Shown here piece by piece: positions 20,760 to 31,345 of a stretch of DNA of 64,000 nt; the stretch's first letter is position 1; each line of letters opens with the position of its first letter. Position numbers and translations under genes: made by a program. The notes beneath the pieces were generated by a model, which did no database searches, was not told the origin of the DNA, and saw nothing but the letters and a program-made list of their open reading frames with translations. Location of the stretch: positions 160,001 to 224,000 of the forward strand of contig CAVOID010000009.1 in assembly GCA_963695875.1 (NCBI GenBank), in the 5' to 3' direction. The stretch comes from an uncultured delta proteobacterium. GTDB taxonomy: Bacteria > Desulfobacterota > Syntrophia > Syntrophales > UBA2185.

Positions 20760-21326
20760 TAAATCTGCTTTCCGATAGTGAAAGCCCTTGCCCAGATATT
20801 TTCCTACACCATAGTAGGATTGTATCTCCGGTCCAAAAAGTATCGGCCTCACTTTTTCCATATCCGGCAAACCATTTTCTCCGAGGACGGATTCCTCCGC
20901 TTTGACGTCCATGATCTCACCGATAAAGTGTGTGTGAATCCCGATTTCACTGGAGCCGAGCAGTTTGCATTCCAGAATCAGGGAAAATTCCTGTATATAA
21001 GGGGCATCCACCTTATCACTCTTTACGGCTGTTTGCTCGGCAGCGGAAAATTTGTCCACATTTCTCCCGGAAACCAGCCCGAAGTAGTCAGCTATTTTGA
21101 CCTGCGAAGCGGAAGGTACATTAACAGTGAATGCCTTGCGCTCCATAATGTTGCCGTAGGTATAGGTGGCCTTTCTTATGGAAACAGCCACACAGGGCGG
21201 GTTGGAACTGCAAACCCCTCCCCATGCTATGGTCATTACATTAGGTTCCCCGGCCTTGTTGTACGTCCCTATGACCCATACGGGTGTCGGATAAATCAGC
21301 GTCCTCGCACCGAATGATTTTTTCAT
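20759..21326 (-). CDS. Flavin reductase family protein; apparent fusion to the next gene is a frameshift at ~20787
   Basis: YPTPVWVIGTY, AFTVNVP, VDAPYIQE, HTHFIGEI. Removing one G yields KAFTIGKQI-stop overlapping the next ATG (TAATG). Confidence 0.9.
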
Positions 21327-21528
21327 AAGTTCACCTTTTAATTTAATATTCAATCTACTTTAATGGAATTGAGCCGATGACACAATGGTAGTTTTATGAA
21401 TGTAGAATGGTAGAATAATGCTCCTATCGATGCCTGCCCCATTTTATTTTTTCCTTGTTTTTTTACGGGAGGCGATTATACGATAAAAAAACAGTGAAAT
21501 GTTTCATTCTCAAACAGGAGGAAAGGTC

Positions 21529-22101
21529 ATGGACATATTCACCACAATCAGGGAACGGCGAAGCTGCAGGAGTTACCTGCCCGATCCGATCAGTGACGAA
21601 GTGATTGAGAAAATCCTGGAGGCTGCCGTCTGGGCGCCGTCGGCGGCTAATAATCAGCCCTGGGAGTTTATCGTTGTTTCAAACAAGTCTGTCAAAAAGG
21701 AAATCTCTTCGGAATCTGAGAAATGCAGAAAAATTTTGTTTGAAAAAAGCGGGTGGAAGTGGGTTGACCGATACAGGGTCAACTTTCTCGAAGAGGCGCC
21801 TGTGGTTATAGCCGTAGTAGGAGATCCTCAGAAGACCGGAGCGGACATGTTCCTGGAAGGAGGCGGCCTGGCCTATCGAGACGGGTGTGCAGCGGCCATA
21901 CAGAACTTGCTTCTTGCGGCCCGTGCCCTCGAACTGGGAACACTCTGGTTTACCCTCTTTGACAAGGAAGCTATTCGGAGAATCCTCAAGCTCGATACGG
22001 CAAAAGAACCTCTGGCCCTTATATGCCTCGGTAAAGCGGCAGCCGTAACTGCCCCGCCTCCCAGAAGAGTTGTCGCGGAAAAGACGGTTTATCTTCGTTG
22101 A
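21529..22101 (+). CDS. Nitroreductase family protein
   Basis: RRSCRSY, APSAANNQPWEF, QNLLLAA..LGTLW. GGAGG RBS. Confidence 0.92.
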   Translation: MDIFTTIRERRSCRSYLPDPISDEVIEKILEAAVWAPSAANNQPWEFIVVSNKSVKKEISSESEKCRKILFEKSGWKWVDRYRVNFLEEAPVVIAVVGDPQKTGADMFLEGGGLAYRDGCAAAIQNLLLAARALELGTLWFTLFDKEAIRRILKLDTAKEPLALICLGKAAAVTAPPPRRVVAEKTVYLR

Positions 22102-22119
22102 TTTATCATTATTCCGGCA

Positions 22120-22338
22120 GTGTATGTGATGAAATATAAAGATCTATGCAGAATATGTGAAAAAGAAAAGGTTTTTGCAAAATGTTTAGGATGCGAAAAG
22201 CCTCTATGTGAACAGTGCGCCTTTTTTGAGCTGATAGGTTCAGGCTGCGGGTGCGTCTGGCCTGTATACTACTGCTTCACGTGTGCGCATGACCAGATGA
22301 TCAACCCGAACGCCGTATTTAGAGATCCGGACGCATAG
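22120..22338 (+). CDS. Small Cys-rich putative zinc-finger protein
   Basis: Four CxxC motifs plus one CxC in 72 aa. Confidence 0.7.
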   Translation: MYVMKYKDLCRICEKEKVFAKCLGCEKPLCEQCAFFELIGSGCGCVWPVYYCFTCAHDQMINPNAVFRDPDA

Positions 22339-22486
22339 TGCATCATTTCATTCAGTTGGCGACATCGACTGGGTCCAGGGAACTAGGAATCGATGATATT
22401 ATAGATTTCTCAGTCACTCCGTTCCTTCGAAATGACACCCCTTTTACATGTGGCACGGGCCAGGCAGCTTGTCTGCCCGATAGGAG

Positions 22487-22828
22487 GTGACAGTGGAATT
22501 TCTTATAAAATTGCTTGTGAGTGTCGCAATTATAATTGTATGCACACAAATCGGCCGTAAATTTCCCTCCCTCAGCGGCCTCATCGCCACCATGCCGATC
22601 ATAAGCGTGATCATCCTCGTCTGGATATATACAGACAACCCGGGAGATTTCAAACTGATGGAAAATTTTACAAGGGCGGCTCTGTGGGGGATTCTGCCGA
22701 GCATCCTGTTCTTTATCGTTGCGTATATATGCTTCATGAGGCATTATCCCCTCGGCATCGTTCTTTGCGCGAGTTTCGGCACCTGGCTGATGGGAGCGTT
22801 TGTTCACCAATGGTTTCTGCGAAGGTGA
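22487..22828 (+). CDS. DUF3147-like membrane protein
   Basis: SGLIATMPIISVIILVWIY pattern, four TM helices, AGGAGG RBS. Confidence 0.75.
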   Translation: MTVEFLIKLLVSVAIIIVCTQIGRKFPSLSGLIATMPIISVIILVWIYTDNPGDFKLMENFTRAALWGILPSILFFIVAYICFMRHYPLGIVLCASFGTWLMGAFVHQWFLRR

Positions 22829-22836
22829 GATAAAGA

Positions 22837-23546
22837 TTGACATCTATTCAACCCGGCAATTACAAGAGCATTGTTTTTTTCACTGGAGCGGGAATGTCCG
22901 CCGAGAGCGGCGTTCCCACATACCGCGGCAGGGGAGGAGTCTGGAGCCAATACAGGTGGGAAGAATACGCCTGCCAGGAGGCTTTTGACGGGGATCCGGA
23001 GAAGGTGCTCAAGTTTCATGAATTGAGAAGACAAGTCGGTGCTTGACATGCGCACCCCATGCGGGGCACTACGTGATTGCAGAATTGGAAAAAGGGCATC
23101 CTAATGTCCGTGTAGTCACACAGAATATCGACGGAATGCACCAGCGGGCGGGAAGCCTGAATGTCACAGAATTGCACGGCAGTCTCTGGCGTCTGCGGTG
23201 CTCTGCGCATGGAGTTTTCGAGGATATCGGTGAAGTTTACGAAAGTTTCAAATGTGAACAATGCGGCCACTGGCTCCGGCCCGATATTACATGGTTTGGC
23301 GACATGCTTGATCAAGACGTCATCAACGAAGCTAATTTAATAATAAGGCAGTGTGACCTTTTCATCAGTATCGGCACGTCGGGGATTGTATGGCCCGCTG
23401 CCGGTTTCCCGAAAATCGCAAGGGAAAACGGCGCATATTGCATAGAAATCAACCCGGAGCCAAATGAATTGTCACATTTGTATGACATAACCATGCGGGA
23501 AGCAGCGGGACGCGCATTACCGACGCTTTTCGCGGGCGATATATGA
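22837..23546 (+). CDS. cobB: Sir2/CobB family NAD-dependent deacylase; frameshift at ~23040
   Basis: TGAGMSAESGVPTYRG, then VTQNIDGMHQRAG, ELHGS, IGTS and EINP in the next frame. Confidence 0.9.
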
Positions 23547-23825
23547 ATCAACGCCGCAACTAATCTGCAATTTTTCGAAGACCTCACATGCACCCGTGAC
23601 GAAATATCCATCAGCAAAATTATACCCCTTCCTTTCAGTGGTTATCGTTTACGATTTACTATCTGGCTTAGCAAACTGTTATTGACTAACAGGACTGCTT
23701 TTTATTATATTATTTGGAATGTAATTTATTTACTAAGATACTGACGAAAAATTTCATAATCCGTCATTTGAGCAAAGAGGTTGCGTCGTAATTGGTCATT
23801 TTTTAAAAAAGTTGCGGAGGATCAA

Positions 23826-24002
23826 ATGAGAAAAGACGGCCGGAAACGGCGCGTGGTAAAGGAAGACGCTGCAGTCGCGGGTGATAGGACAGGCGGAGAC
23901 AGTTCCCCTGTCATCGTGGTAGGTATTGGTGCCTCGGCAGGAGGGCTTAAGTCGCTGAAGCAGCTATTCGCAAAGATGCCAACCGGGCGCGGCGTGGCGT
24001 GA
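23826..24002 (+). pseudogene. Truncated CheB methylesterase N-terminus
   Basis: VVGIGASAGGL catalytic-Ser motif. The sequence ends abruptly after GRGVA. Confidence 0.8.
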
Positions 24003-27000
24003 ACGAGGCAACTGAGCAGATAACCGGCCGAACCCGAAGGGAATTGATAGGAACAGACTTTTCAGACTACTTCACGGACCCCTCCTCCGCACAGACGGGC
24101 TATCGGAATGTCCTTGCCGACGGCCAGGTGCGAGATTACCCGTTAACAATTCGTCACAAGTCAGGAAATACGACCGCCGTACTGTATAACGCGACTGTCT
24201 ACCGTAACCAGGCGGGTGAAGTACAGGGCGTATTCGCGGCTGCCCGCGATGTCACTGAACTCAAGCGGGTGGAGTCGGCTCTTAAGAAAGCCAACGAGAC
24301 CCTTGAGCAGCGGGTGATGGAGCGCACGGCAGAGCTACACGAATCCCGGCACCGGCTGGCGGTAATTGTGGACAGCATCGCCGACGGCTTCTTCGCCATC
24401 GACCGGGAATGGCGCTTCACGCATGTCAACGACGAGGCCCTCCGTCATTTCCACAAGAAACGCGAGGACGTGGTGGGGCATGCGTTCCTTGACGTCTTTC
24501 CGGAGGCCCGCGGCGGCATTTTCGAGACAGAATACGGCAGTGCCATGGAGAGCGGCGAACCTGTTCACTTTGAGTCCCCTTCGCTCGTCTCGGATCTTAC
24601 AGTGGAAGTACATGCCTACCCCGGCCCAGAAAACTTGACGGTCCTGTTTCGCGATATTACGGAAAAGCATCGCATGGCAACAGCCCTGCGCGAGGCCCGC
24701 GACAGGGCGGAATGGCTGGCGCGGTTTCCCGACGAGAACCCCAACCCGGTCATGCGCGTGTTAGCCGATGGAAATGTTCTCTACTGCAATCCGGCGGCGG
24801 CGGAGATACCAGGATGGTCGTGCGAGGTCGGTGAGCAATTGTCTGATCCCTTTCTAGCCCTCATCGAAAGGGCTACGATCGAAAGACAGGAGATACAGCA
24901 GGACGTGGAAATGGGTGAACAGTTCTACTCGATTGCCGTTGTGCCGATCCCCGGGGAAGGCTACGCCAACGTCTACGGTCGCGACATCACCGAGCGCAAA
25001 CAGGCCGCGGATGCATTGCAGACAGCGCTTCAACGCCTTCATGCTTTGGTTTCGAACATACATAACAGTATTCTGTTTGTGGGAGAAGACGGGATTGAGT
25101 TGGCCAATCAGGCGTTCTGCGACTATTTTGAATTGCAGGCTTCACCCGCATACCTGATCGGACTCACTCCGCGTAAACTGATAGAAAAAATAAAGAATGC
25201 TTATCTCCATCCTGAGGAGGAAGTAACCCGCATCCGGGAAATCGTTGGCCGGGGACAAAATGTAATAGGCGAAGAAATTACCATGCAGGACGGGCGGACG
25301 TGCCTACGGGATTTCATCCCCATACACGTAGATGGAAAATCATACGGCCGCCTATGGTGTCACACTGACATCACCGGCCGCAAGCAACTTGAACTAATGC
25401 TGCAAAGGAATCTGAAAGAGCATCAGATTATTCTCAATTCCGTGCCGGCAATGGTTTTTTACAAGGACAGGGAGAATCGTTTCATCCGCACCAATAAAGC
25501 GTTTGAAGGCGTGATGCAGCTACCGAAAGAGGCATTGGAAGGCAAATCCTTGTTTGATCTGTATCCGCAGGAGCAGGCCGAGGCCTACTGGAAGGATGAT
25601 CAAGAGGTAATGGCCTCAGGCAAGGCAAAAAGCGGCATTGTCGAACCTATGCAGACACCCGCAGGAGCAAGATTAGTGCAAACCGATAAAGTTCCTTATG
25701 TCGATGAAAAAGGCAATGTGATCGGGGTGATTGGTTTTGCTGTTGATATCACTGAACAAAGGCAGGCGGAGGAAGCTCTGCGCGATAGCGAATCCCGCTT
25801 CCGCCTTCTCTCAGCAACCGCCGGGCGGCTGCTTCGCGCCGAAGATCCCCAGACCATAGTTGAGGGCCTTTGCCGGAACGTCATGACGCACATGGACTGC
25901 CAGGCGTTCTTCAACTTCCTGGTGGATGAGAAGGCCGGCAGGCTTCGTCTAAACACATGTGCCGGTATCCCTGAAGAAGATGTCCGTGTCATTGAATGGC
26001 TGGACTACGGCGTTGCCGTCTGCGGGTGTGTGGCCCGGGACCGGACGCGTATCATCGCCGAAGACATCTTCCATACTCCCGACGTGAGAACCGACCTGAT
26101 CAAATCCTTCGGCATCCAGGCCTACTGCTGTCACCCGTTGATGGCCCAGGACCACCTCATCGGCACGCTGTCTTTCGGTACAAAGACCCGGCAGCACTTT
26201 ACCCCTGAAGAGGTGGAATTAATGCGGATGGTAACCGACCAGGTCGCCGTCGCCATGCAGCGCAAGCAGACCGAGCAAATGGTTTTGCATGCCAAACAGG
26301 AATGGGAGCGAACATTCGACGCCGTGCCGGACCTGATTGCCATCCTGGATGACCACCACCACATCCTGCGTGCCAATAAAGCCATGGCTGAGCGATTGGG
26401 GGTAGCGCCGCAACAGTGTGTCGGGGAAACCTGCCACAAGGCGGTGCACGGTCTTGACTACCCGCCGGACTTCTGCCCTCACACCCTCGCCCTGGCTGAC
26501 GGCCAGGAACATGTGGAGGAGGTACATGAAGATTGCCTAGGCGGCGATTTCCTGGTGAGCGCCACGCCGCTGACTGACGAGCTGGGCCGGCTTATCGGTT
26601 CCGTTCATGTCGCCCGCGACATCACCAAGCGAAAGCAGGCCGAGCAGATTCTCCTGGAACGGACGGCAGAACTGGAGGCGCTAAACAGGGAACTGGAGAG
26701 CTTCAGCTATTCTGTATCCCACGACCTGCGTGCCCCCCTGCGTGCCATCGACGGCTATGCGCGTTCGATCTTAAAGAAACAGGAGGATAAGTTTGACGAA
26801 GATACCAAACGCAGATTCAATGACATAAGGTTGAATGCCAAAATGATGGGCCAGCTCATCGACGATCTCCTGGCCTTCTCACGCCTGGGCAAGAAACATA
26901 TGTCTATATCGAAGCTGGACATGGATGCCGTTATAATGGATGTGTGGAAAGAACTGCAAACTGCCAATCCCGAAAGGGACATGAAGCTGACCCTTAACAG

Positions 27001-27358
27001 CATGCCTCGCGGCTACGGGGACAGGACGCTCATTAAACAGGTCTATTTCAACCTTCTTTCGAACGCCGTTAAATTTACGAAGTTTCGGGATGCCGCACAT
27101 ATTGAAGCTGGCGGCTACACCGAGGGAAATGAGGATGTGTATTATCTAAAGGATAACGGTGTCGGCTTCGACATGGCGTATTATGATAAACTGTTCGGCG
27201 TGTTCCAGCGTCTTCATAATCCAGATGATTTTGAGGGGACCGGCGTCGGTCTGGCTACTATCCAGCGTATCGTACACAGGCATGAGGGCCGTGTCTGGGC
27301 GGAAGGCAAAGTAGATGAAGGGGCGACTTTCTATTTTTCGCTTCCGCGGAAGGGGTGA
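23999..27358 (+). CDS. Multi-PAS/GAF sensor histidine kinase (N-terminally truncated)
   Basis: Several PAS/PAC repeats (RDITE/DITGRK), a GAF domain, HisKA SVSHDLRAPLR, and HATPase NLLSNAVKF, DNGVGF, GTGVGL. Begins mid-PAS. Confidence 0.92.
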   Translation: MNEATEQITGRTRRELIGTDFSDYFTDPSSAQTGYRNVLADGQVRDYPLTIRHKSGNTTAVLYNATVYRNQAGEVQGVFAAARDVTELKRVESALKKANETLEQRVMERTAELHESRHRLAVIVDSIADGFFAIDREWRFTHVNDEALRHFHKKREDVVGHAFLDVFPEARGGIFETEYGSAMESGEPVHFESPSLVSDLTVEVHAYPGPENLTVLFRDITEKHRMATALREARDRAEWLARFPDENPNPVMRVLADGNVLYCNPAAAEIPGWSCEVGEQLSDPFLALIERATIERQEIQQDVEMGEQFYSIAVVPIPGEGYANVYGRDITERKQAADALQTALQRLHALVSNIHNSILFVGEDGIELANQAFCDYFELQASPAYLIGLTPRKLIEKIKNAYLHPEEEVTRIREIVGRGQNVIGEEITMQDGRTCLRDFIPIHVDGKSYGRLWCHTDITGRKQLELMLQRNLKEHQIILNSVPAMVFYKDRENRFIRTNKAFEGVMQLPKEALEGKSLFDLYPQEQAEAYWKDDQEVMASGKAKSGIVEPMQTPAGARLVQTDKVPYVDEKGNVIGVIGFAVDITEQRQAEEALRDSESRFRLLSATAGRLLRAEDPQTIVEGLCRNVMTHMDCQAFFNFLVDEKAGRLRLNTCAGIPEEDVRVIEWLDYGVAVCGCVARDRTRIIAEDIFHTPDVRTDLIKSFGIQAYCCHPLMAQDHLIGTLSFGTKTRQHFTPEEVELMRMVTDQVAVAMQRKQTEQMVLHAKQEWERTFDAVPDLIAILDDHHHILRANKAMAERLGVAPQQCVGETCHKAVHGLDYPPDFCPHTLALADGQEHVEEVHEDCLGGDFLVSATPLTDELGRLIGSVHVARDITKRKQAEQILLERTAELEALNRELESFSYSVSHDLRAPLRAIDGYARSILKKQEDKFDEDTKRRFNDIRLNAKMMGQLIDDLLAFSRLGKKHMSISKLDMDAVIMDVWKELQTANPERDMKLTLNSMPRGYGDRTLIKQVYFNLLSNAVKFTKFRDAAHIEAGGYTEGNEDVYYLKDNGVGFDMAYYDKLFGVFQRLHNPDDFEGTGVGLATIQRIVHRHEGRVWAEGKVDEGATFYFSLPRKG

Positions 27359-27369
27359 TCGAGGTAACA

Positions 27370-30345
27370 ATGACAGAACAGGCAAAATGTCCGGCGCCAA
27401 TGCTGGCCACGGGGGATAGGCTTTACGGGTTTCGGGTGCTGCGGGTCGAACAAATCCCTGAAATACGGATAACCGCGTACGAAATGGAACATGATAGAAC
27501 CGGTGCAAAGGTCATTCACCTTCACTGCGATGACCGTGAGAATCTCTATTCCATCGGCTTCCGAACTCCAGCACCTGATTCCACGGGTGTGCCACACATT
27601 CTCGAACATTCAGTACTTGCCGGTTCGGAAAGGTATCCTCTCAAGGATGTTTTCAATGAATTAATGAGGGGAACGCTCCAGACCTTCATCAACGCCTTTA
27701 CCTATCCCGATAAGACAATATACCCCGTGGCCAGCCAGGTGCGGGTTGATTATTTTAACCTCGCCCGTGTGTATACGGATCTTGTGCTCAGGCCACGGCT
27801 GCTGAAGGAAACATTCTTTCAGGAAGGTCATCACCTGGAATTTGTCAATCCCGAAGATACCGGAAGCGAGCTTACCATCTCGGGAATCGTCTACAACGAG
27901 ATGAAGGGCGCATATTCCTCGCCCGAATCCCTGATGTACAAAGCCATCCAGGAACATCTCTATCCCGATACGACATATTCCTTCGATTCGGGAGGAAACC
28001 CGGATAATATTCCGCTCCTTACATACGAGCAGTTCAAGGCATTTCACCGGGCTTACTACTCGCCAACCAATGCGCGCTTCTTCCTTTACGGTGACATACC
28101 GCCGACGGATCACATGGCATTTTTGGCCGAGATGCTGGCAGGGTTTGATCGTGTGGCAGTAGACTCAGCAATTAAAAGTCAGGCAAGATGGCAACAACCA
28201 TCTTCAATACATGGTACCTACCCTATTGGAAATGAAGACAAGCCCGCGGGAAAAACAGTCATCAATACTGCATGGACGATGGCGGAAAACACTGATTACG
28301 AAACAGCCATTCTCCTTCAAATTACAGCCGGAATGCTGGTTGGAAGTGCCGCCGGGCCTCTTCGCAAGGCCCTCATCGATTCCGGACTTGGTGAAGACCT
28401 GTCTCCCATCACCGGCGTGGAGAATGATCTGAAGCAGATTGCATTCGTCGTGGGGCTGCGGGGAACAGACCCGGATAAAGCTCTGCGTATCGAAGAATTG
28501 ATCATCAATACGTTAAAAAACATCGCAAAATCAGGCTTTGACCGGGAATTGATCGAAGGCACCCTTCACCAGGTTGAATTCCACGGCAAGGAGATTGTGC
28601 GCAGCGCATACCCATATGGGATCGTACTCATGGGAAGAGCCTACCATACCTGGCTGTATGACGGAGATCCCCTCGAAGGCTTGAACTTCGCCCGCGTCAT
28701 CGAAAAAATACGAAAGAAGTGGGAAGCCAAACCTGAGCTTTTTCAGGACATCGTCCGGAAGTGGTTTCTTGACAACCCCCACCGACTGCTCTCCGTAATG
28801 GAGCCCAGCAAGACCTATCAGGCGGAGCAGGAGGAAAGATTCAAAAAAAAGATGGCCCGGCTCAAGTCATCACTATCCGGCAAGGAACTGGAAAAGATCC
28901 GGCAAGATGCTTATAACCTGAAAAAATATCAGACTGAATCGGACTTACCCGAAGCCGCGGCAAAACTTCCTAAACTGAATATCAGCGATATCACCCGGGA
29001 AATAGAGACAATCCCCACGGTCAAGTCGGCTATTGAAAACGTGCCGGCCATGATTCATGACATATTCACCAATGGCATTGCCTATCTTGATCTGGCATTT
29101 GATGTATCCGATCTGCATGAAGACATCCAGCCATACCTCCCGCTTTTGGGAAAGCTGATCACAAACATGGGGGCGGCAGGTTTGGACTATGAGGAGATGG
29201 CAAAGCGCATTGTATCGAAGACAGGGGGAATCAGTTATCTCCTGTCGGCAGGTCTGTCAGCGGATGGTAAAAAAAACTGGCAGAAGATGATCTTTCGCAT
29301 CAAGGCACTCCATCGAAATGTCAAAGATGCGATCAACATCATCTCGGACATCCTGACATCCGGAGACATGTCGAATGAATCAAGGATGCGCGAACTAATC
29401 ACGGAGAAGAGGAATGACCTTCAGGCAGCAGTTGTTCCTTCAGGCCATGTTTTCGCACGACGGTCAGCCGGCTCAGCTCTGTCCGTGCCGGCGTACCGCG
29501 ATGAACAGTGGCACGGAAGGACACAGCTTAAGATTGTCAACAGCATCGCTGATCAATTTAACGAAATAAAGGGCGAGTTGCTGGGTAAGCTGACTGTCCT
29601 TCAAAATATGGTATTCCGAAAAGGGAGGCTTTACATTAATTTAACGGCAGATTCAGAAGGAATCTCTCTCTTGTCGGAAAGCACAGCTGATCTGGTCAGG
29701 CGTTTATCCGGCGATGGAGGCATAGGAAACCCGAGTACCCCGGCTCTCTCACCCATCCATGCCGGGATTGTCATTCCAGCACAGGTCTCATATGTGGCCA
29801 AGGTCCTTTCCGCACCGGCATATGCCGATCCGCTTTCCCCATCTCTGCTTGTGCTGGCTCGACAGTTGTCAACCGGGTATCTGTACAAACATATCAGGGT
29901 TCAGGGCGGTGCCTATGGGGGCATGTCACAATATGACCTGACGAGCGGCACCTTCGCCTTACTCTCATACAGAGACCCCAATATCGTTAATACCCTCAAT
30001 GTTTACCGCGGCGCCGCGGATTTCGCATCCCGGAATAAAATTTCGAGGGAAGAACTTGAAAAAACCATAATAGGAACAATCGGTTCTCTTGACAAACCCA
30101 TGGATCCGTCGAGCCGCGGATACATTGCGATGATTCGCGATTTTACAGGTATCACAGACAACGACCGCCTGAAATTCAGAAACAATATCCTCGGCATGAC
30201 GCCGGAGATATTGCTGGAGGACGCTTCCCGTTACTTCGCTTCTGCCGGCGATTCCGCGGTGGTGGCCGTATACGCCTCACAAGATAGTCTTGAGAAAGCC
30301 AATAAATTACTGGAGCCAAAACTTATGTTGGAGACATTGATATGA
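27370..30345 (+). CDS. Peptidase M16C (presequence protease PreP-like insulinase)
   Basis: Inverted zinc motif HILEH, FINAFTYPDKT, GIVYNEMKGAYS, IRVQGGAYGG, SYRDP. Confidence 0.95.
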   Translation: MTEQAKCPAPMLATGDRLYGFRVLRVEQIPEIRITAYEMEHDRTGAKVIHLHCDDRENLYSIGFRTPAPDSTGVPHILEHSVLAGSERYPLKDVFNELMRGTLQTFINAFTYPDKTIYPVASQVRVDYFNLARVYTDLVLRPRLLKETFFQEGHHLEFVNPEDTGSELTISGIVYNEMKGAYSSPESLMYKAIQEHLYPDTTYSFDSGGNPDNIPLLTYEQFKAFHRAYYSPTNARFFLYGDIPPTDHMAFLAEMLAGFDRVAVDSAIKSQARWQQPSSIHGTYPIGNEDKPAGKTVINTAWTMAENTDYETAILLQITAGMLVGSAAGPLRKALIDSGLGEDLSPITGVENDLKQIAFVVGLRGTDPDKALRIEELIINTLKNIAKSGFDRELIEGTLHQVEFHGKEIVRSAYPYGIVLMGRAYHTWLYDGDPLEGLNFARVIEKIRKKWEAKPELFQDIVRKWFLDNPHRLLSVMEPSKTYQAEQEERFKKKMARLKSSLSGKELEKIRQDAYNLKKYQTESDLPEAAAKLPKLNISDITREIETIPTVKSAIENVPAMIHDIFTNGIAYLDLAFDVSDLHEDIQPYLPLLGKLITNMGAAGLDYEEMAKRIVSKTGGISYLLSAGLSADGKKNWQKMIFRIKALHRNVKDAINIISDILTSGDMSNESRMRELITEKRNDLQAAVVPSGHVFARRSAGSALSVPAYRDEQWHGRTQLKIVNSIADQFNEIKGELLGKLTVLQNMVFRKGRLYINLTADSEGISLLSESTADLVRRLSGDGGIGNPSTPALSPIHAGIVIPAQVSYVAKVLSAPAYADPLSPSLLVLARQLSTGYLYKHIRVQGGAYGGMSQYDLTSGTFALLSYRDPNIVNTLNVYRGAADFASRNKISREELEKTIIGTIGSLDKPMDPSSRGYIAMIRDFTGITDNDRLKFRNNILGMTPEILLEDASRYFASAGDSAVVAVYASQDSLEKANKLLEPKLMLETLI

Positions 30346-30421
30346 TTTTTCATAGGGCGTCTCCCATCGAGAAGAGAAGCAGGGATTATGAAAGCAATGC
30401 TTCCGTATAAAGTGATCCATA

Positions 30422-31210
30422 ATGAACGGGCATCATGATTTTCTCGAAGAGCTGAGTGCCGTCACTCGCAGGGCATGTCTCTACTTCCCCGAAATCATAG
30501 CCCCGGTAGAAGAAGCCTTTTTATGGAATGTGTCTCTTTCTCCTGAGCAGACCGATGAATATCTTGCACAGGGATGGCGGCATGTTTCCTGGTACTTCTA
30601 TCGCAACAATTGCAGTAATTGCCGGCGCTGCCTCCCGATCCGTGTGCCTGTGGACAAATTCAAACCTTCAAAGAGTCAGCGGCGTGTCCTTAAGAAAAAC
30701 GTGGAGACGGAATTTAAAATGTTCGAACCTGTGGACTTTGCGGTTAAGCACATCAAGCAAAGTCTATCACTGTACAACAGGTTTCTGGATATTCGCTATA
30801 ATAAAGCACCCCGTGATTTGGGCGAATACTACAACGAGTATTTTGTATCACCGGCACAAACCCTCGTCTCTACTTTGTTCATAAATGGCGAGCTTGCAGG
30901 CAATGGATTTCTTGATCTTGGAGAAACGTCCCTCTCAACAATCTACTTTTCTTTTGACCCGCAATTCAGTTCCTTCTCTCCCGGAACCTTCTCCATCCTT
31001 AAAGAGATTGAATGGGCCCGCAAAAACGGCCTTCAATATTACTATCTTGGATATTATATACGCGAGATCGGCGCCATGCGATACAAGGGGTTATTCAGGC
31101 CGTTCGAAATCCTTGATTTTAGCACAGGACGCTGGAACGAGACGGAACGCGATATTGGCATAGATGCGACGAGGAATACAAAACCGAAAACCAGACGATG
31201 GGTTGATTAA
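30422..31210 (+). CDS. bpt: Bacterial aminoacyl-tRNA-protein transferase (Bpt/ATE1-like)
   Basis: CLYFP, GWRH...YR..C..C..C.PIR, FKPSKSQRR, SPGTFSIL.EI, YYYLGYYI...MRYK. Confidence 0.85.
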   Translation: MNGHHDFLEELSAVTRRACLYFPEIIAPVEEAFLWNVSLSPEQTDEYLAQGWRHVSWYFYRNNCSNCRRCLPIRVPVDKFKPSKSQRRVLKKNVETEFKMFEPVDFAVKHIKQSLSLYNRFLDIRYNKAPRDLGEYYNEYFVSPAQTLVSTLFINGELAGNGFLDLGETSLSTIYFSFDPQFSSFSPGTFSILKEIEWARKNGLQYYYLGYYIREIGAMRYKGLFRPFEILDFSTGRWNETERDIGIDATRNTKPKTRRWVD

Positions 31211-31227
31211 AACAATAAATATCTCAA

Positions 31228-31345
31228 TTGAAGCTATCCGCAGTAAACTGCGGAGAATCTTCGATCCACAAGGAATAATAATGTCTCCCCATTCGCTCGC
31301 TTGCCCCGCAGCAAGCTACAGGAATGCGCTCGCTGCCGGATTCAA
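31228..31345 (+). mobile_element. 118-bp two-hairpin MITE/PATE-like element, copy 1
   Basis: TTGAA...TTCAA ends. Near-identical to copies at 40372, 45416, 52434 and 58127. Confidence 0.85.

Noticed and set aside
20136..21353. Apparent flavin reductase-porin fusion protein
   Set aside because: Removing one G restores a normal stop overlapping the porin ATG. The signal peptide would otherwise be internal.
22837..23546. Sir2 gene as an anti-phage effector linked to AIPR
   Set aside because: It is a short canonical CobB-type deacylase with zinc-finger Cys, 5 kb from AIPR and without defence partners.
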